DNA from: Thiopseudomonas sp. | Lineage (GTDB): Bacteria; Pseudomonadota; Gammaproteobacteria; Pseudomonadales; Pseudomonadaceae | DNA length: 64,000 nt | NCBI GenBank assembly: GCA_018384595.1 | Contig: JAHAYO010000009.1 | Span: forward strand, 11,233 to 75,232 | Reading direction: 5' to 3' | Shown here: positions 63,065 to 64,000 of the stretch, one piece after another | Position numbering within the stretch: the stretch's first letter is position 1 | Layout of the letters: the number at the start of each line of letters is the position of its first letter | Notes under the pieces: model-generated | The model's input: the letters and a program-made list of their open reading frames with translations, nothing else | Told to the model about the DNA's origin: nothing | The model's database searches: none | Made by a program: the position numbers and the translations under genes

Positions 63065-64000
63065 TCAGCGGGCCATCGCCGCAATGGCATCGACCGACTG
63101 GCGAATCAACGCCGGCCCTTTGTACAAAAAGCCCGAATAAAGCTGCACTAGGCTGGCTCCGGCCTCGATTTTTTCTGCCGCGTGCTTGCCTTCGGTAATG
63201 CCACCCACGGCAATGATCGGCAAGCGGCCCTGCAGGGTTTCGGCCAACACCCGCACCACATGGGTGCTTTGCTCGCGTACTGGAGCGCCGGACAAGCCGC
63301 CGGCCTCATCCGCATGCTGCATGCCTTCGACACTGGCGCGTGACAAGGTGGTGTTGGTGGCAATTACCCCGTCCATACCGCAGTCGAGAATAATTTCAGC
63401 GGTTTGCACGATTTCTTCATCGCTCATATCCGGCGCAATTTTCACCGCAATCGGTACGCGCTTGCCATGCATTTCGGTCAGATCTTCCTGACGCTGTTGC
63501 AAGGCACTGAGCAGTTCTTTCAGCGAATCACCATATTGCAGACTGCGCAAACCCGGCGTGTTGGGCGAGCTGATGTTGACCGTAATATAGCTGGCGTAGC
63601 TGTAAACCCGATCAAGGCAGTACAGATAATCCTCAGTGGCCTGCTCAACCGGCGTGGTCAAATTTTTGCCGATATTGATGCCCAGCACACCCTGAAACTG
63701 AGCGTTACGCACCCGCTCCAGCAGATAGTCCACACCCCGATTGTTAAAACCCATCCGGTTGATAACGGCTTCGGCTTGCGGCAAACGGAAAATACGCGGT
63801 TTCGGATTGCCCGGCTGCGGACGCGGCGTGATGGTACCAATTTCAACAAAACCAAACCCTAGATCAGACAGCCCACGAATGGCATCGCCATTTTTATCCA
63901 ACCCAGCCGCCAAGCCCACTGGGTTGGGAAAGTCGATCCCCATCACAGCAATCGGCAGCTTACGTGGCCGCCCGCCCAAAACTTTACTGACACCCAGCCG
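63065..64000 (-). CDS. pyrD: Quinone-dependent dihydroorotate dehydrogenase (5' end outside window)
   Basis: [40 protein letters not shown]. Confidence 0.97.
   Translation of the reverse strand, partial: RLGVSKVLGGRPRKLPIAVMGIDFPNPVGLAAGLDKNGDAIRGLSDLGFGFVEIGTITPRPQPGNPKPRIFRLPQAEAVINRMGFNNRGVDYLLERVRNAQFQGVLGINIGKNLTTPVEQATEDYLYCLDRVYSYASYITVNISSPNTPGLRSLQYGDSLKELLSALQQRQEDLTEMHGKRVPIAVKIAPDMSDEEIVQTAEIILDCGMDGVIATNTTLSRASVEGMQHADEAGGLSGAPVREQSTHVVRVLAETLQGRLPIIAVGGITEGKHAAEKIEAGASLVQLYSGFLYKGPALIRQSVDAIAAMAR

Overview
This is a 64 kb chromosomal window from a Pseudomonadaceae-like gammaproteobacterium (GC-rich; lineage inferred from gene content). It is mostly housekeeping genes in heavily shuffled order: a partial SNF2 helicase, a REC-TPR/histidine kinase pair, two MCPs, mazG, msbA, hda, pilBCD-comEA, gltX, infC-rpmI-rplT-pheST-ihfA, ispF-truD-surE-pcm-DUF368-nlpD-rpoS-like, efp-epmA, tesA/ybbAP, greB, tRNA-Leu(TAA), motY, pyrC, rnt, rlmKL and a partial pyrD. 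I see no CRISPR array, rRNA, intact transposase or prophage. The best candidate for an undescribed system is a compact, translationally coupled two-gene cassette at the 3' end of tRNA-Leu: a Upf1/Dna2-like SF1B helicase plus a UvrD-like SF1A helicase. It lies next to a decayed tyrosine-integrase fragment and att-like repeats, so it may be an anti-phage module. Other notable signals: (1) an intact but strongly diverged sigma factor at the rpoS locus; (2) an in-frame TAG in the conserved C-terminal tail of gltX; (3) a chemoreceptor with a CxxCH c-heme motif upstream of a flavin oxidoreductase and an O-methyltransferase; (4) a Lys-type efp-epmA pair with no adjacent epmB; (5) structured non-coding elements in the rplT-pheS gap and upstream of a GGDEF gene. 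All family calls come from motif recognition by eye; no database searches were run.
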